From Enoplolaimus lenunculus (taxonomy: Eukaryota): 64,000 nucleotides of DNA. The notes under the pieces were generated by a model. The model was given only the letters and a program-made list of their open reading frames with translations, was not told where the DNA came from and did not search any database. This document shows positions 37,071-50,028 of this stretch, in pieces. Position numbers and translations under genes: made by a program. Where the stretch lies: contig JASANG010002509.1 of assembly GCA_030248215.1 (NCBI GenBank), positions 124,001 to 188,000 on the forward strand, written 5' to 3'. The first letter of the stretch is position 1; every line of letters begins with the position of its first letter.

Positions 37071-37433
37071 TTGCGTAAACTTCATGGCAGTGACGTGATG
37101 ATGTTGCGTAAAGTTCATGGCAGTGACGTGATCATGTTGCGTAAACGTCATGGCAGTGACGTGATCATGTTGCGTAAACGTCATGACAGTGACGTGATCA
37201 TGTTGCGTAAACGTCATGACAATGACGTGATCATGTTGCGTAAACGTCATGACAGTGACGTGATCATGTTGCGTAAACGTCATGGCAGTGACGTGATCAT
37301 GTTGCGTAAACGTCATGACAGTGACGTGATCATGTTGCGTAAACGTCATGACAATGACGTGATCATGTTGCGTAAACGTCATGACAGTGACGTGATCATG
37401 TTGCGTAAACGTCATGGCAGTGACGTGATCATG
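37071..37433. repeat. 33-bp minisatellite, 11 units
   Basis: TTGCGTAAACGTCATGRCARTGACGTGATCATG tandem units. Confidence 0.95.
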
Positions 37434-38218
37434 AAACGTTTTCAACAAATCATGATCGAGTTTGTTTATCGTCTTTACCTGAGACAATTTTACGCCAATA
37501 CTTTAGCCAAAACAGACTATCTGGCTTGTATAAGGTTTTAAACTGTGTGAAGTTGTCAAGTTCGAGTACTGTCCTTCGTCCGAGAGTCAATGTCCTTTCA
37601 GTTCAGTGGCGTAGTGGCAGGGAGGTAAACCGGGACGGCCCTAAAAGTAACATGGGCCATTGCGCCTAATTTCTAACTATTGCTTTTCTTGCCCAAATGT
37701 TTATATTTTTTCGGTTTGAACACACTAAAAACCGATGTATACGATAAACCAAATATCGTACCCTTACACTGGACTGGCACGAAACCACAAATTTTGTATG
37801 AATTTTAGTACACAACTCGCATCATAAGCTTAACTGCTGCGTGTTGAGTGCCATCAAAGTAGAAGATGTTAAATTTGAGGGAGGCACGAAAATGTACTCG
37901 CTCCTAAGCCTCCATCCGTCGCGACCATTTCTATGGCTCGCCAACCTTTCAGCCGCAGGAACAGTTGACAAGTTGTTGACCATTTTCATTTATAAAAGTT
38001 TACCTGTCCCACAGGAGTAAGCATTGTTGTCGCTTAATGACGTATAACTTTTTATATGAAGCTAATGAATGCGTATTATTATCAGTCAAATGCGGATTTG
38101 GTCCTAAAAGATCACATTTTTCGGTCGTTAACAGGTCAATGTTCACGTTTCAATTTCGTCCAGAATTTTATTGCGATTTGTGATTGGTTAATTAGCTACG
38201 CTTCTGATTAATAATGTT

Positions 38219-38404
38219 GGCCAATGTGAAGAACAGTGGCGGAACAGTATTATAAGCATATTCCTAAGCCTAAGCCTAAGCCTAAGCGTAAATCCTAAGC
38301 CTATATGCCTAAGCCTAAGCCAAGCAAAAAATAGCCTAAAGCTTAAGCTTACTCAATTCTTGTCCCATAGAAAAACGTTCAACCCCTGATCTTTTACATG
38401 GGCC
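38219..38404 (+). mobile_element. GGCC-TIR telomere-repeat MITE, subfamily A
   Basis: TIRs; TSD ATAATGTT/ATAATGAT. Confidence 0.85.
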
Positions 38405-39047
38405 ATAATGATTTACATATTCAAAACCTATGACGTCATAGTAACTTTTACTGGTGACGTGTAGTGATGTAATAACGTTCTATCCGGTGCGGATAGCGTA
38501 TCCCTATTTCGCTTTTAGTGGATATTATGACGTCCGTTGATTGTATCGTTTGTACAAATGGTACGTTTGTCGCTGGTCGTACTTTTTAGTTTCAAACCGT
38601 TATTTTCAAACGGTTTGTACCCGGACCAGTGATATGCGTGAATAACTTTCGTGTTCAATGTAGGTTCAAACATACGCGTTTACCTGACCTCAAAGGACCT
38701 GAGACAGAGGCGGTTTTCATTATGAACAAATATGGTTCACATTGACGTGACAGCAACAAAATATTCTGCCAAGCTAAAAATAGCCGGGGGTTGCGCCGCT
38801 TGGTACTAGGCGCCCTTAGACAATAATTTTCTAAGTTGCGCCGTTAGTTTGCGCTATTGAAAAGGGCCACAGGGGATATAATGTGGTATAAGGTGGTAGC
38901 CGCTGGTTCTGGATGCAACCTAATACGATCCTGTCTTCAGTTGGATTCTGAACACTTAGTACTTGCTAATTTTAACAGATCTTGGTGCATATTATGAAAC
39001 GCATATAGCACCTATAATCAGCGATAGGTTCGTTTCGTCAGCCTGTA

Positions 39048-39257
39048 CACTGCAAAAACCAGTAAGTCAAATTGATTCTCTCCGAAATAGGCTCCACGGG
39101 ACTACAGAAACTGAGTCAAAATTCGACTCCGCCCGAGTCCAACGTGTTACTTAGTGAGTTGAGCTTGACGCTGGTGGAGTCGAATTTGACTCAGTTTGTG
39201 TAGTTCCGTAGAGCCTATTTCGGAGAGAGTCAATTTGACTCACCATATTTTGCAGTG
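39048..39257. mobile_element. CACTG-ended palindromic element, family 1
   Basis: Near-full fold-back with GAGTCAAATTCGACTC subrepeats. Confidence 0.8.
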
Positions 39258-39450
39258 TGTGCTTACAACTTAACCTGGTTAAGCTTGCTCCATGCGTCAA
39301 AATGGCGTAGCAACCGCTCTGTTGCACAGAAATCAAACTGTTTACTGAAGATCTTCTCAAAAGGGTCCGGTGTCGACTAACTTATTAGTGTGTTTACCTA
39401 GTCAGTTATCCTAACCTTCAGATATCGGCTGGTTAATGGATTGTCATTCC

Positions 39451-39727
39451 GGCCCATTTTACTTTTAGGGCCGTCCCGGTTTCTGGTGGGTCTGTAAAAG
39501 AGTAGGCTTACATTCTAGACTATAGTTTTTTGCTTAGGCTTAGGATTCCACTTAAGCTTAGGAATACGTTTTTGCAACGTTTAAGCTTAGGCTTACGAAT
39601 ACGGTTTTGTAATGCTTAGACTTAGGCTTACGCTTAGGAATACACTTTTGCAACGCTTAGGCTTAGGCTTAGGCTTAAAAATGCGCTTAATCTACTGTTA
39701 CGGCCCTAAAAGTAACATTGGCGGCCC
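39451..39727 (-). mobile_element. GGCC-TIR telomere-repeat MITE, subfamily C
   Basis: TIRs; TSD GTCATTCC/GTCATTGC. Confidence 0.8.
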
Positions 39728-40202
39728 GTCATTGCGATCAGAACCGCTATTGCTCGTATAAAATCTGCGATAGAAGCCATTACTGATTACTCTGTTTCTG
39801 AGGCGATGCGTCTTAGCGGTTCTTGAGCCTAAATGTAAGCAGCAATGGTCTTTAGAGCGCTGCTCTGTCTTCGCCATGCCTGCTCGTAGTGAGTTTGCGA
39901 TGTTTTGTAGCGTAAAATTCCTGGATTGACTTCGTTTTCAATGTCTCGGATCTTGGATGAAAGCTCAAACCAGGAATGCTTCACCATTTACTGCATTTTG
40001 CGAGTTTCGAATTACAATGACTTATCAACATCGGTGCTGGTATTCTCAAATGTGTATAGCAACTATCATCAGTTATGTGAGAAGTACTCGAATAAGCGAA
40101 TTAGCACAGATACAGATCTGATAGTTTTCATATTTACAGTGAATGTTAAATCGAAAAATTGCGCTGAATTGCAAAGCTCAGAAGTCATTTGTTCATAAAT
40201 TA

Positions 40203-40478
40203 AGCTTTATTCAAACATGCAAGTTTTTGCTACGAGAACTTGCAGCTGCAAATTGCACTCAGAACTTGCATGCTTTCATCAGTCAATGATAATGGAGGCT
40301 GCAATAAATTCAGCGAACTTACATGGTTCTTCACACATGTGAACTAACTTCTTAGCTATGATTTTTAATGAATTATTTAAAGCTGTAAGTTTTTAGAATC
40401 GCGATTTTGGATAAACTTGCAAGTGCAAGTTGCAGCTGCAAGTTTTCGCCGCAGAAACTTACACGTGTGAATAGGGCT
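40203..40478. mobile_element. PIF/Harbinger-like MITE
   Basis: Same family, rich in ACTTGCAGCTGCAA. Confidence 0.75.
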
Positions 40479-40933
40479 CAACACGTCCTATCGCCAACTA
40501 GTGACAGGTGCTATAGCCGGCTGCCAATACCGACCCAGCATACAGACCACCTAACCGGAGTGATGTGAACCAAATGTATAATTACACGTACCATATATAG
40601 CACAAGACGGAGTTAACACAACTCAATCCAACAATCTATCAAGCTGACTATTCCTAAGGGTGAAAGATATGCCATATGAATGCCGTTGCATTTAAAAGTG
40701 ATAAATCATGATTATGTTCTTGCCTAAATATTATGATCTGGCATTTTCCGGTCAAACTGAAATTTATAAAACTTTGAAAAACGCATATTACCGGATAGTT
40801 TTTCACAATTTTATCAAAAACCTATGATCAAACTGAGTAGGATTTTTGCTGATAAAATCTTGAAAAGTTTTAATTAAAAGTCTTATATTTTGAAATAAAC
40901 GTTTTTTGAATTAATGAGTTTTTAGAATCAACC

Positions 40934-41105
40934 CGGGGCCGTAGCCAAGGGGGGAGGTTTGCCAGGAGGCGATCACCGCCCAGGAAACCTTTGGGTCCCT
41001 TTAGAAAGTTTTCAAACTTGCTTGTAACGCATTGAAAACCCTTGAATGCCCTTCCTGAACCATATTTAGATCCCCCGCTAGCAAGGTGAGCTGGCTAAAG
41101 GCCTG
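40934..41105 (-). mobile_element. hAT-like MITE (CAGGCCCGTAGCCAG family)
   Basis: Reverse-orientation copy. Confidence 0.7.
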
Positions 41106-41794
41106 AACCGATCAAAGAACACTAATAATGTTGTCCCAAGCGAATCGTGCGTTTCCCAAAACAGCCTCGTATTGCAACTATAAACGCCTATCTCAGTTTA
41201 GATATATAGGTATTTTTGTAATTTATAAGTCTTGTTGCTAAATATTGAATAACAATTTTTGGTCAAATTTGGCTGTTTAAGCGCAGTTGAATCACGTCAG
41301 TCCAATAGTGGCGCTATACTCGCTGACTTTGATTGCTTAATTTGTTGCTCCATCATTTCGTACCGATCGGCAATTCGCGTGCTGAAGCCACGCGTCCACC
41401 AAACAGTGACTGACGCCCCCGTACGGATGACGCACGGTGACGGGCGGCGCCGGACGTCAAGTATAGCGCAACCCTTAATGCTGCTATCTTAGTTTGCATA
41501 TGCCTACACCGTTTTAATACAAATTGAAACTGCAATACTTCAATATAATATTCAGTGAATTGCATAAATGTATAAAATGTAGATTTTCGCTTAAGTATTA
41601 CTTACCGTTGCCACTGAGGCTTATTAATACTTAAGGTTTGCGCGAAGATGTTTTCGTTTGTAATTATAGTTATTACCGAAGCCAATTATTATCCAGCAAA
41701 ATATCAGCATTTTTGGGTTCAAAATTTTAATTGGTCAAAGTTTGTGCAACAAGAAATGTATACCTCAAAAGCATCTATGTATACTATGCCAAAG

Positions 41795-42046
41795 CACTGA
41801 AAATTCCAGTGAGTTGATTTCAACTCACGATGAGTTGATTCACCAAGTCTAAGTTAGGACTGTCAGAACTTACAATTCTGAGTTGATTGAACTCATTTTG
41901 ATTTAACTAATTAACTCCTCCGCAGTCAACTGAACTCGGAGTGAGAATCAACTCAACTCAGAGTGAGTTAAAGTTTTCTGTTATCAACTCAAAAATTACT
42001 AACTTGCCGTCTGAGTTGATTAATTAATTCGTTGGAATTTACAGTG
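41795..42046. mobile_element. CACTG-ended element, family 2 (GAGTTGA/TCAACTC subrepeats)
   Basis: CACTGAAAATTCCA ... TGGAATTTACAGTG. Confidence 0.8.
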
Positions 42047-42230
42047 TAGGGCGTACATAAGGTTAATATAGGGGGTATGTTTTCCCAACAATTTTAGAGA
42101 CGATAAACAATGCACTTCTACAGGTTTTAAAATACCAATGCTAATGAGTTGAGTTAAAAAAATTGTTGTTCCTACGCTGTCTCGTACAAAACTTCTGCTA
42201 GAAGTTACACTATCGGGATAAAATCGCACT

Positions 42231-42483
42231 CACTGTAAATTCCAGTAAGTTGATTTTCACTCAGAATGATTTTAAACGCTCAGTCTGAGTTAGGACTGTC
42301 AGAACTTATAATTCTGAGTTGATTCGACTCATTCTGATTTATTTAATCAACTCCACCGCAATCAATTCAATTCAGAATGAAAATCTACTCAGCTTCGCGT
42401 GCGTTAAAGTTTAACTGTTATTAACTCAGAAATATATAACACTCCGTCTGAGTTGATTAATTAACTCATTGGAATTTACAGTG
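42231..42483. mobile_element. CACTG-ended element, family 2
   Basis: CACTGTAAATTCCA ... TGGAATTTACAGTG. Confidence 0.8.
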
Positions 42484-43247
42484 CGGTTTGATGGCCCTGC
42501 AGAATCTTTAATCCAAAATGAACCAACGACCCATGACAAGTACACTTGGTGACCGTAACGCTGTGGTGTGGGTGTTCGGGGAATTACGATTTGTCCTTGA
42601 AGAATCTCAGAATTAAAAATTTGACAGCACATTAATTATTGATGCAAGATAGGATAACCGATCACGCAGACAAAGAATTTGATTTTTTTTCATTTTTTTC
42701 TATTTTTTTCCGGAAAAAAATGAAAAAATACATTTTTTCCGGTCATAATTTTTGTCCGGAAAAAACAACACTGATCTTAAGTATCATATTGTGCTTCTCA
42801 AACTCTGAAACTTATATTTTTTCTCCTCGAGTTGCACCCTGCTCCCGCATTCTCAAAGCTGATTAACACAGTTCACCCATTGGTGACAGGTCATGTAGCT
42901 GTCGAACCAGTGAATAGTGACGATAGGGATTTTTGAACATTTTTCAAATTTGATTGGTTCGACTTCTGTCCATAATTTGAGATCAGCAATTGCAGAAATT
43001 AGTCAGTTTGAGATATTGCTAACTGGTGATAGGTGCTATACGCAGTTGGAAACATGGTCACTGATAAACAGCTCTTGCGTCGATAAGTCGAAGAAGACAA
43101 CCGTGTTTAGATCTGAATTAATAAGTTGCAACGAAAAAATAAACTATCGTCAAAAGGCTTCATATTTTGACGGTGAGTTTTGCTCGAGACCATCGCAAAA
43201 CAACTTGAAACACGCATAAGCACACACATTTTTCAACTGCAAAATTT

Positions 43248-43456
43248 GGCCAATGTAAAGAACAGGGGCGGAACAGTACTACAAGCATATTCCTAGACCT
43301 AAGCATAAGCCTAAACCTAAGCATAAGAATGAACATATTCCTAAGCCTAAGCCTAAGCCGAAGCCTAAGCCAAGCAACAAAATATAGTCTAAAGCTTAAG
43401 CTTACTCTATTGCAGTCCCACAGAAAAACGTTCCGCCTCTGATCTTTACACAGGCC
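43248..43456 (+). mobile_element. GGCC-TIR telomere-repeat MITE, subfamily A
   Basis: TIRs, perfect TSD CAAAATTT. Confidence 0.9.
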
Positions 43457-43731
43457 CAAAATTTGAATGACGCTTTATCTTAAAACAGTTAAAAACCACT
43501 CATTTGTTGAGTTCTTTCTTAAAATACAATTGTGCTTAAAGTTGAGTTCAAATTGCAAATGATGTGGCGACCACCTGGCAGTCAAATAATCAAAGTGTAG
43601 GATCCACAAATCAGCGGCACGTTAATATTGTAAACAATTGCTAATAGTATTCCATGCTGTAAGACCTGGAAATGCATAAATGAACCAGGTTCAAGGAACT
43701 TTACCAAAATGTTTATATATTCAGAGGTGTA

Positions 43732-43913
43732 CTGTATTGACCCGAATAAGAGGGCGGGGACTGCTATTTATTTGGCCTCTCCAGAGGGTAGTCTAATTAG
43801 GGTTTAGGGACTCTATCCGGTTACGGACTCTTATTAGGAATACGAATTGCTATTGATCGGAACTCAAAATGGGGACCCCCTCTTATTACCCCCTCTTATT
43901 CGGGTCAATACAG
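43732..43913. mobile_element. TA-flanked MITE, internally deleted
   Basis: TA|CTGTATTGACCCGAATAAGAG ... CTCTTATTCGGGTCAATACAG|TA. Confidence 0.85.
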
Positions 43914-44078
43914 TAATCAGGATAATCGAAAAGATGATACACTGTGGGAAACTATCGTATAGGTTGTTTCATGTTACCAACTGAAGAATTTCCAAAAAAC
44001 TCAAGCTTTACAATGTGAGATTTTGACGCCTAAAACGTCCCCTGGTCACGCCTTCGATATTTATTTATGTGCTATGTC

Positions 44079-44515
44079 GTGTAGTGACCCGAAATAAGAG
44101 GAGGGGGGACTGATATTTATTTGGTTTCTCCAGAGGGTATCCCCCCTTGTTATTCGATTACTGAATTTTTAACCCGCCCTCTGCCGCCCTTCGTTACTGA
44201 TATCCCGTATTGCAACAATCCATTGAATTAAACGTTTTATTTGTCTTGTGCCGATAGCTTAAGCGATAATGCAAGGTTATACTAAGGAATGTGTATTGAA
44301 AACTTAGTTATTATGCTTTAAAGTTTGGAACTCAACTTTATTTGGTCCTGGAATCATTTATGCACTACAATTATCAATAATTGACTTTTATGGACTCTAA
44401 TTAGGGTTTAGGGACTCTATCCGCTTACGGACTCTTATTAGGGATACGGACTCGTATTGATTGGGACTCAAAATGGGGAACCCCCCTTACCCCCCTCTTT
44501 TCCGGGTCACTACAG
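44079..44515. mobile_element. TA-flanked ~440-bp MITE
   Basis: Same TIRs and body. Confidence 0.8.
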
Positions 44516-44583
44516 TAAGTGAATTGGTTAGCACGACATTTCTGAAATGGCTCAATTCCATTTAAACTATTATATACTTAACC

Positions 44584-44795
44584 GGCCAATGTAAAGAACA
44601 GGGGCGGTACAGTGTTATAAGCATATTCCTAAGCCTAAGCCTAACCCTAAACCTAAGTCTAAGCGTAATATGTTTATTCCTAAGCCTAAGCCTAAGCCCA
44701 AGCCTAAGCCAAGCAAAAAAATTAGTCTAAAGCTTAAACTTATTCTATTTTAGTCCAACAGAAAAAACGTTCCGCCCTTGATTGTTACATGGGTT
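44584..44795 (+). mobile_element. GGCC-TIR telomere-repeat MITE, subfamily A
   Basis: TIRs; TSD ACTTAACC/ACTTAGCC. Confidence 0.85.
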
Positions 44796-45686
44796 ACTTA
44801 GCCTAAGCCAAAGCCCAATTATGTCTAAGAAGACTAATTCTTAAGTCTAAGTCTTTTATTAAACTTAAGTTACGCCAAAATTTGAAAATTTTGAAAACTG
44901 TATTGAAAGTGCATATATATATTCTTGAAATTATTAGCATGTAATGTCTTGTATATGTGTTATGACAAAAATGGGCATAATTCATAATTCGAGATAAGTA
45001 TCAGTCCTAAGGTTTGGGCCAATGTATAGATCGATATTTCAATTTTCCCAGTACTCAACCATATCGTTGAATGACTGTTGTGATGCCAAAAATGATTTAT
45101 GATGAAGCTATTTCATTTCTCCAATAAGCGCTTTTTCATGCATTTCGCACCGGGAACGTTTAAGCGTTAAAATCAACCCCTAAAAACTGCCTTACTTCCA
45201 TGCCACAACTGAACACAATTCTCACTACTAAGCCAGTTTCAGTAATCAGCCAATGTCAGACGTTCAACTAAACGGGGCTGTTTTCAAATTTCAAAAAAAA
45301 TTCCTTCTTCTTTATTATCGTAAAGTTTTCAATAAATGAAATTTTAACGTTGAATAGTAATTTTTAAAGTTGAATGATCAGACGGCAGTTTGAAAGATTT
45401 TTTAAATATTTAAAAAATTTTCAAGATCCAACCAAGTTTTGCGCTAACGTCGACAATGAGAGCTGTCCGCGATGACACCACTGCAGTTTAACAAACTTGT
45501 CAAATTCAAATGTGTACGCAGGCTATTTTCGTCGAAACATTTTTAAATTTTGAAAGTTTCACAATAGTTTGACAGAAACTGATTTGACAAAGGTCACACA
45601 TCACTTGGCTTTATTTTGCTCTGAAACTTCGCTGTTATTCGCGAGCATGTAGTTACATGTGAATTGGTCTGCTAAAGCAGTAAGTA

Positions 45687-46117
45687 CTGTAGTGACCCGA
45701 ATAAGAGGTGTGGGGTAATAAGAGGGGGTCCCCATTTTGAGTCCCAATCAATAGGAGTCCGTATCCCAAATAAGAGTCCGGAAGCGGATAGAGTCCCTAA
45801 ATCCTAATTAGAGTCCATGAAGGTCAGTTATTCCTAACTGTAGTGCATAACTGACTCCAAGACCAAATAAAATTGAGTTCGAATCTTTAAGGCGTATTTA
45901 AATTTTGAATGTACATTCTTAAGTATAACCTTGCATGATCGCTTAAGCTATTGACACAAGACAAATAAACGTTTAATTCAACGGATAGTTGAAGTACCGG
46001 ATATATATCAGTAACGAAGGGTGGTGGAACGTGGGTTAAAAATAAATAACAGTCCGTAACGGAATAAAAATGGGGGTACTCTCTGGAGAGACCAAATAAA
46101 TATCAGTTCAACCTCTT
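45687..46117. mobile_element. TA-flanked MITE, right TIR eroded
   Basis: TA|CTGTAGTGACCCGAATAAGAG and full body. Confidence 0.8.
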
Positions 46118-46233
46118 AAGCCAGGGCTGATTTTCTAAAATGCGTACAGCACTTTAGCGATTGATTTGCAGATTGAAGACGTTCTGCAATTGTAGATTTT
46201 AAAATCGGCATAGAATTACGGGTAGACCAATAC

Positions 46234-46663
46234 GGCACACACTGCAAAAAGGTGAGTCAAATTGACTTCCTCCGTAATAGGCTCTACGAGACTACGCCAA
46301 GTGAGTCAAATTCGACTCAGTCAAATTGACTTCCTCCGTAATAGGCTCTACGAGACTACGCCAACTGAGTCAAATTCGACTCCGCAAGAGTCAAACGTGC
46401 GACTAAGTGAGTCGAATTTGACTCTGCTGGAGTTGAATTTGACTCAGTTTGTGTAGTCCCGTAGAGCATATTTCGAACCGAGGCAATTTGACTCACCATT
46501 TTTGCAGTGCATGTAAAGATCAGGGGCGGAACGTTTTTCTGCGGAGCTGGAAAAGAGTAAGCTTAAGCTGTAGACTATTTTTTGTTACGCTTAGGTTTTG
46601 GGCTTAAGCTTAGGCTTAAGAATATGCTAATAATACTATTCCGCCCCTGTTTTTACATTGACC
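46234..46663 (-). mobile_element. GGCC-TIR MITE with a CACTG element inserted in its TIR
   Basis: GGCA-CA[insert]CA-TGTAAAGATCAGGGGCGG ... TACATTGACC; TSD ACCAATAC/ATAAATAC. Confidence 0.7.
46240..46509. mobile_element. CACTG-ended palindromic element, family 1
   Basis: 2-bp TSD CA/CA; internal ~65-bp duplication. Confidence 0.8.
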
Positions 46664-46776
46664 ATAAATACAAAAAATTAGTTTAATTTATAATCTGGCC
46701 ACCCCTTGGCTACCGGCAAGTTTGGACGAGTAAAATTTTTCATTTGAGGTGTACCAAAACTTTGAAAAGCCTATAC

Positions 46777-47211
46777 CAGGATTCCAACGGGAACCTAACT
46801 TTGCAGGAATAGGAACAGGAATTGAATTTCTTTGTAGGAACCGGAACTGGAACAGGAACCAAAACTTGAACTATTTTTCATTACCGAATTACTGTTGGAC
46901 GTTTTAGAAAAAAAGCCAAAAAATGGCTTAAACCAATTTTCAGTCTATTTCATCATCAAGTTTTGCAAAAGCACAACAGAAACGGTTTATTAACAAAATT
47001 GAAGTATTTATAAAAAACGCTCGTGTTGAAATAACAATTTTTTCTAAACAAAGTTTCAAATGTTTAAACGATAAGGCATAATTTGTCGCAAAACCGCGAA
47101 AATTCCGATTCCTGCATCTATGAATGCACGAACAGGCACATGAACATGAATTGAATTTTTGCCGAAATTTTGTCCGGAACAGGAACTCCGAGGAATTCCG
47201 GTTGAACTCTG
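46777..47211. mobile_element. hAT-like element rich in AACAGG
   Basis: CAGGATTCCAAC ... GTTGAACTCTG, perfect TSD GCCTATAC; relatives near 7150-7430 and 20700-21403. Confidence 0.8.
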
Positions 47212-47485
47212 GCCTATACCTAAGCCTAAGCGTAAAAATGAGCTTATACCTAAGCGTAAGAAAGAACAAAGCTTACGCTTACTTCTTCAAGCATGCAAAC
47301 TTGACTCCCAGAAACAGTGGTTTGGTCAAAAACGCAAAGCGCGCTGAGTGCATTTTTTACACAGAACGTAACCAGTTGATTATTTTTGTTAAGGTCAGAT
47401 ATGTATCATCCACTCTTGCTAATATTTATTAACGATAAACTTAATAAATGTTGCAGTTCACAAAAAATAGAAAACTGGACGCTAA

Positions 47486-48128
47486 TGCTGGGTTCACGTT
47501 ATAACTAGGGCAGCATGGAACACGTTTTGTCCCTATGACTATAGCTGGTAACATTTTGTCTGACTGTTTACTCGCTATCAGATTCAAAAAATTGGAATTG
47601 TCTGCTATCCTGATGTGACATGTGCTGTTTGTACGGGAATATCATATGATATTCCAAATAATGTCTGCGAGTATCATATGATATGTTTGACAATGTCTGC
47701 AAAGTTGTGGTAAACTAGCTTGATTGTCCTGTAGAATGTCATATGATACCAAAATTTGAAATTTGAATTTTTTCTACTTAGTAATATATTTTGGAAAAAT
47801 TCAGCGAGAAACAAAAATGTAGAAGCTAATTCAACTTTCGAAATAATTTAATGCTGCATTATCTGACATTTTACCGTTTTATTAGCGCGCACAAATTCCA
47901 TTGTCTTGCATAATATCATATGATATTTAGTAGAATTTTGGAATATCATATGATATTCGCATAAAGGTCTCACAGTATCATATGACAAATGGCTATTTGT
48001 ATGCGATGATCGCTTGAGATCAGTTATTTGTAAGTCAATGTCATGTAACATTCATATTTTGTCTACATAACCGCTATTCGGATCACATAATTTTATGTTG
48101 ACGCCCCAGTTATAACGTGAACTCCGCA
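47486..48128. mobile_element. ~650-bp PIF/Harbinger-like element
   Basis: TIRs, TAA/TAA flanks. Confidence 0.75.
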
Positions 48129-48328
48129 TAATATTATAACCAAACACGTTTCTTATAAAACACCTCCGCGCTCAATACTGCGTTGCACTTTGATGGTCCG
48201 ATATTAATTGACCGATTCTTATTACACTGTTGACTGTAGACACCATTTTTACCTAAACAGAATTTTTGCGATATTTCATGCATGAGGAAAAATTATTTTA
48301 TTAAATCTTACAAAATTTATCTTTTTAA

Positions 48329-48566
48329 AGCCCTATTCACACGTGCAAGTTTTTGTTGCATCGAGAAGTTACAGTTGCAAATTACACGCAGAACTTACAT
48401 TTTTTCATCAGCCAATGAGAAAGCGGATGCAATTAATTCAGTGAACTTGCACGGTTAATCACACATTTTAATTAATTATATGCAGCTGCAAGTTTTTCGA
48501 ACGGGATTTTGGACAAAGTTGCAGCTGCATGTTCTCGCAGCAAACACTTGCACGTTGAATTGGGTT
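48329..48566. mobile_element. PIF/Harbinger-like MITE
   Basis: Same family. Confidence 0.75.
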
Positions 48567-49045
48567 CAAGTTTGAAGTATCACCAACTGTTTATAATTGT
48601 GTACATGCATTTATAGATCTTAGAAGTCAACAATTCAGTTATCTATTCTTGTTAGGCCAATCTGCTACTCAGGCCAATAATAAATTAGCCCAGACCAATC
48701 TGCTATTATCTGATTTGTCTATAAGTTTAATAGCAGTTTAGCTAAATGCGAAACTGCTATTACGCTAAATAGCAGATTGACCATGGCCAATTAGTTATTG
48801 GCATGAATAGCAGATTGTCCTACGACATATACACAATTATCGGACATCGTACTATTCAAACAACTTAAATCTAAAGTCAAATGTTAACACCAAGCCATAC
48901 ATTTCGAACCCAATTATATAATTTTGGTCAATTAGTTTGGTTTTTGGCTATCTTATAGGGCTTAGATACGGGTACTGTACAATCTTAAATGTATAACTAA
49001 ATTCGCTCAAGATTTTCTACTATGATCTGTTAAATAAGGAAAAGA

Positions 49046-49431
49046 ATGAACGTATCAAACATCACAAAAGCTGCATCTTCCTTGCCCCAATGTGTAAGCA
49101 AGTTATTCTCGCATGGTTTTTCTGACGTCTACTTAAAAGAACTCATTAGAAGCATTGATATGTGCTATATATTTCCGTGTATGTTCGTCATTGGTGTATG
49201 TGGTAATTTAGTAAATTTGACCGTTTTATCCAGCCGCCGTATGAGATCAAAGACCAACGCGGTGCTTGCGGCGATGGCCGCTGCTGATTTAGCGTATTTT
49301 ATCATTTTGATGCCGGATAAAATCCGCCTTTATCGGCCGTTGCGTCAGTCGTTCGGGTATTTTGTGTTCTGGATTCATGCGAACAAATATCTTCTCGCGT
49401 TCGCGAATTGGTTTTCAGCTGCATCGATATG
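49046..49431 (+). CDS. Class A GPCR, FMRFamide/peptide receptor-like (Srw/frpr-type), exon 1 of 3 (TM1-TM3)
   Basis: GVCGNLVNLTVL (TM1), LAAMAAADL (TM2), ANWFSAASIW; donor TG|GTAAGC, phase 2. Confidence 0.92.
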
Positions 49432-49644
49432 GTAAGCAGCGTATTTCAGTTGTTAATTATTGCTTCTTTAGTCAGTTTTAGGTGAAATACAAAATATTGC
49501 TCAATATTGTCTGATGTCAACCAGAGTGTAAAACGTATAGTAAAAATAACGCAAACGAATAATAATCAAAATAACAGAAACAGAAACGGATATTTAACTA
49601 TAAAAGTTTCAGAGATGTTTTATTTTTGTACAAATACAAAATTG

Positions 49645-49989
49645 ATGAATAAGGTCCCTAATTTTTCCCTCAGAAATTTTTTGGTGATAAAATGATAAGG
49701 TCGCGCCCCTACCTTACAAATTTCCCGCCACAGTAAACTTTTTGATGATAAAATGATAAGGTCCCTACCTTACAATTTTCCCTCAGAAATTTTTTCCTAA
49801 CAAAATAAGGTCCCTATAAATTTTTTCCTCAGAAAATTTTTTGGTGATAAAATGATAATGTCCCTACTTTACAATTTTTCCTCCTCACAAAATATTTTGA
49901 TGATAAAATAATACGGTCCCTACCTTACAATTTTTGTGTTCCATAACATTTGCCACCCGGCCGTCAGGAATTCTCTGGAACCGCCGCTG
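49645..49989. repeat. ~45-50-bp minisatellite within an hAT-like MITE, GPCR intron 1
   Basis: About 6 units of GATAAAATGATAAGGTCCCTACCTTACAATTTT ending in TGGAACCGCCGCTG. Confidence 0.75.
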
Positions 49990-50028
49990 GGTGCCCAATG
50001 TTTATTTGTGTTTTATATCCGGTTTCAG

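Noticed and set aside
37053..37541. 11-aa repeat ORFs and CRISPR-like periodicity
   Set aside because: Tandem 33-bp units with no unique spacers in a eukaryotic context; no coding support
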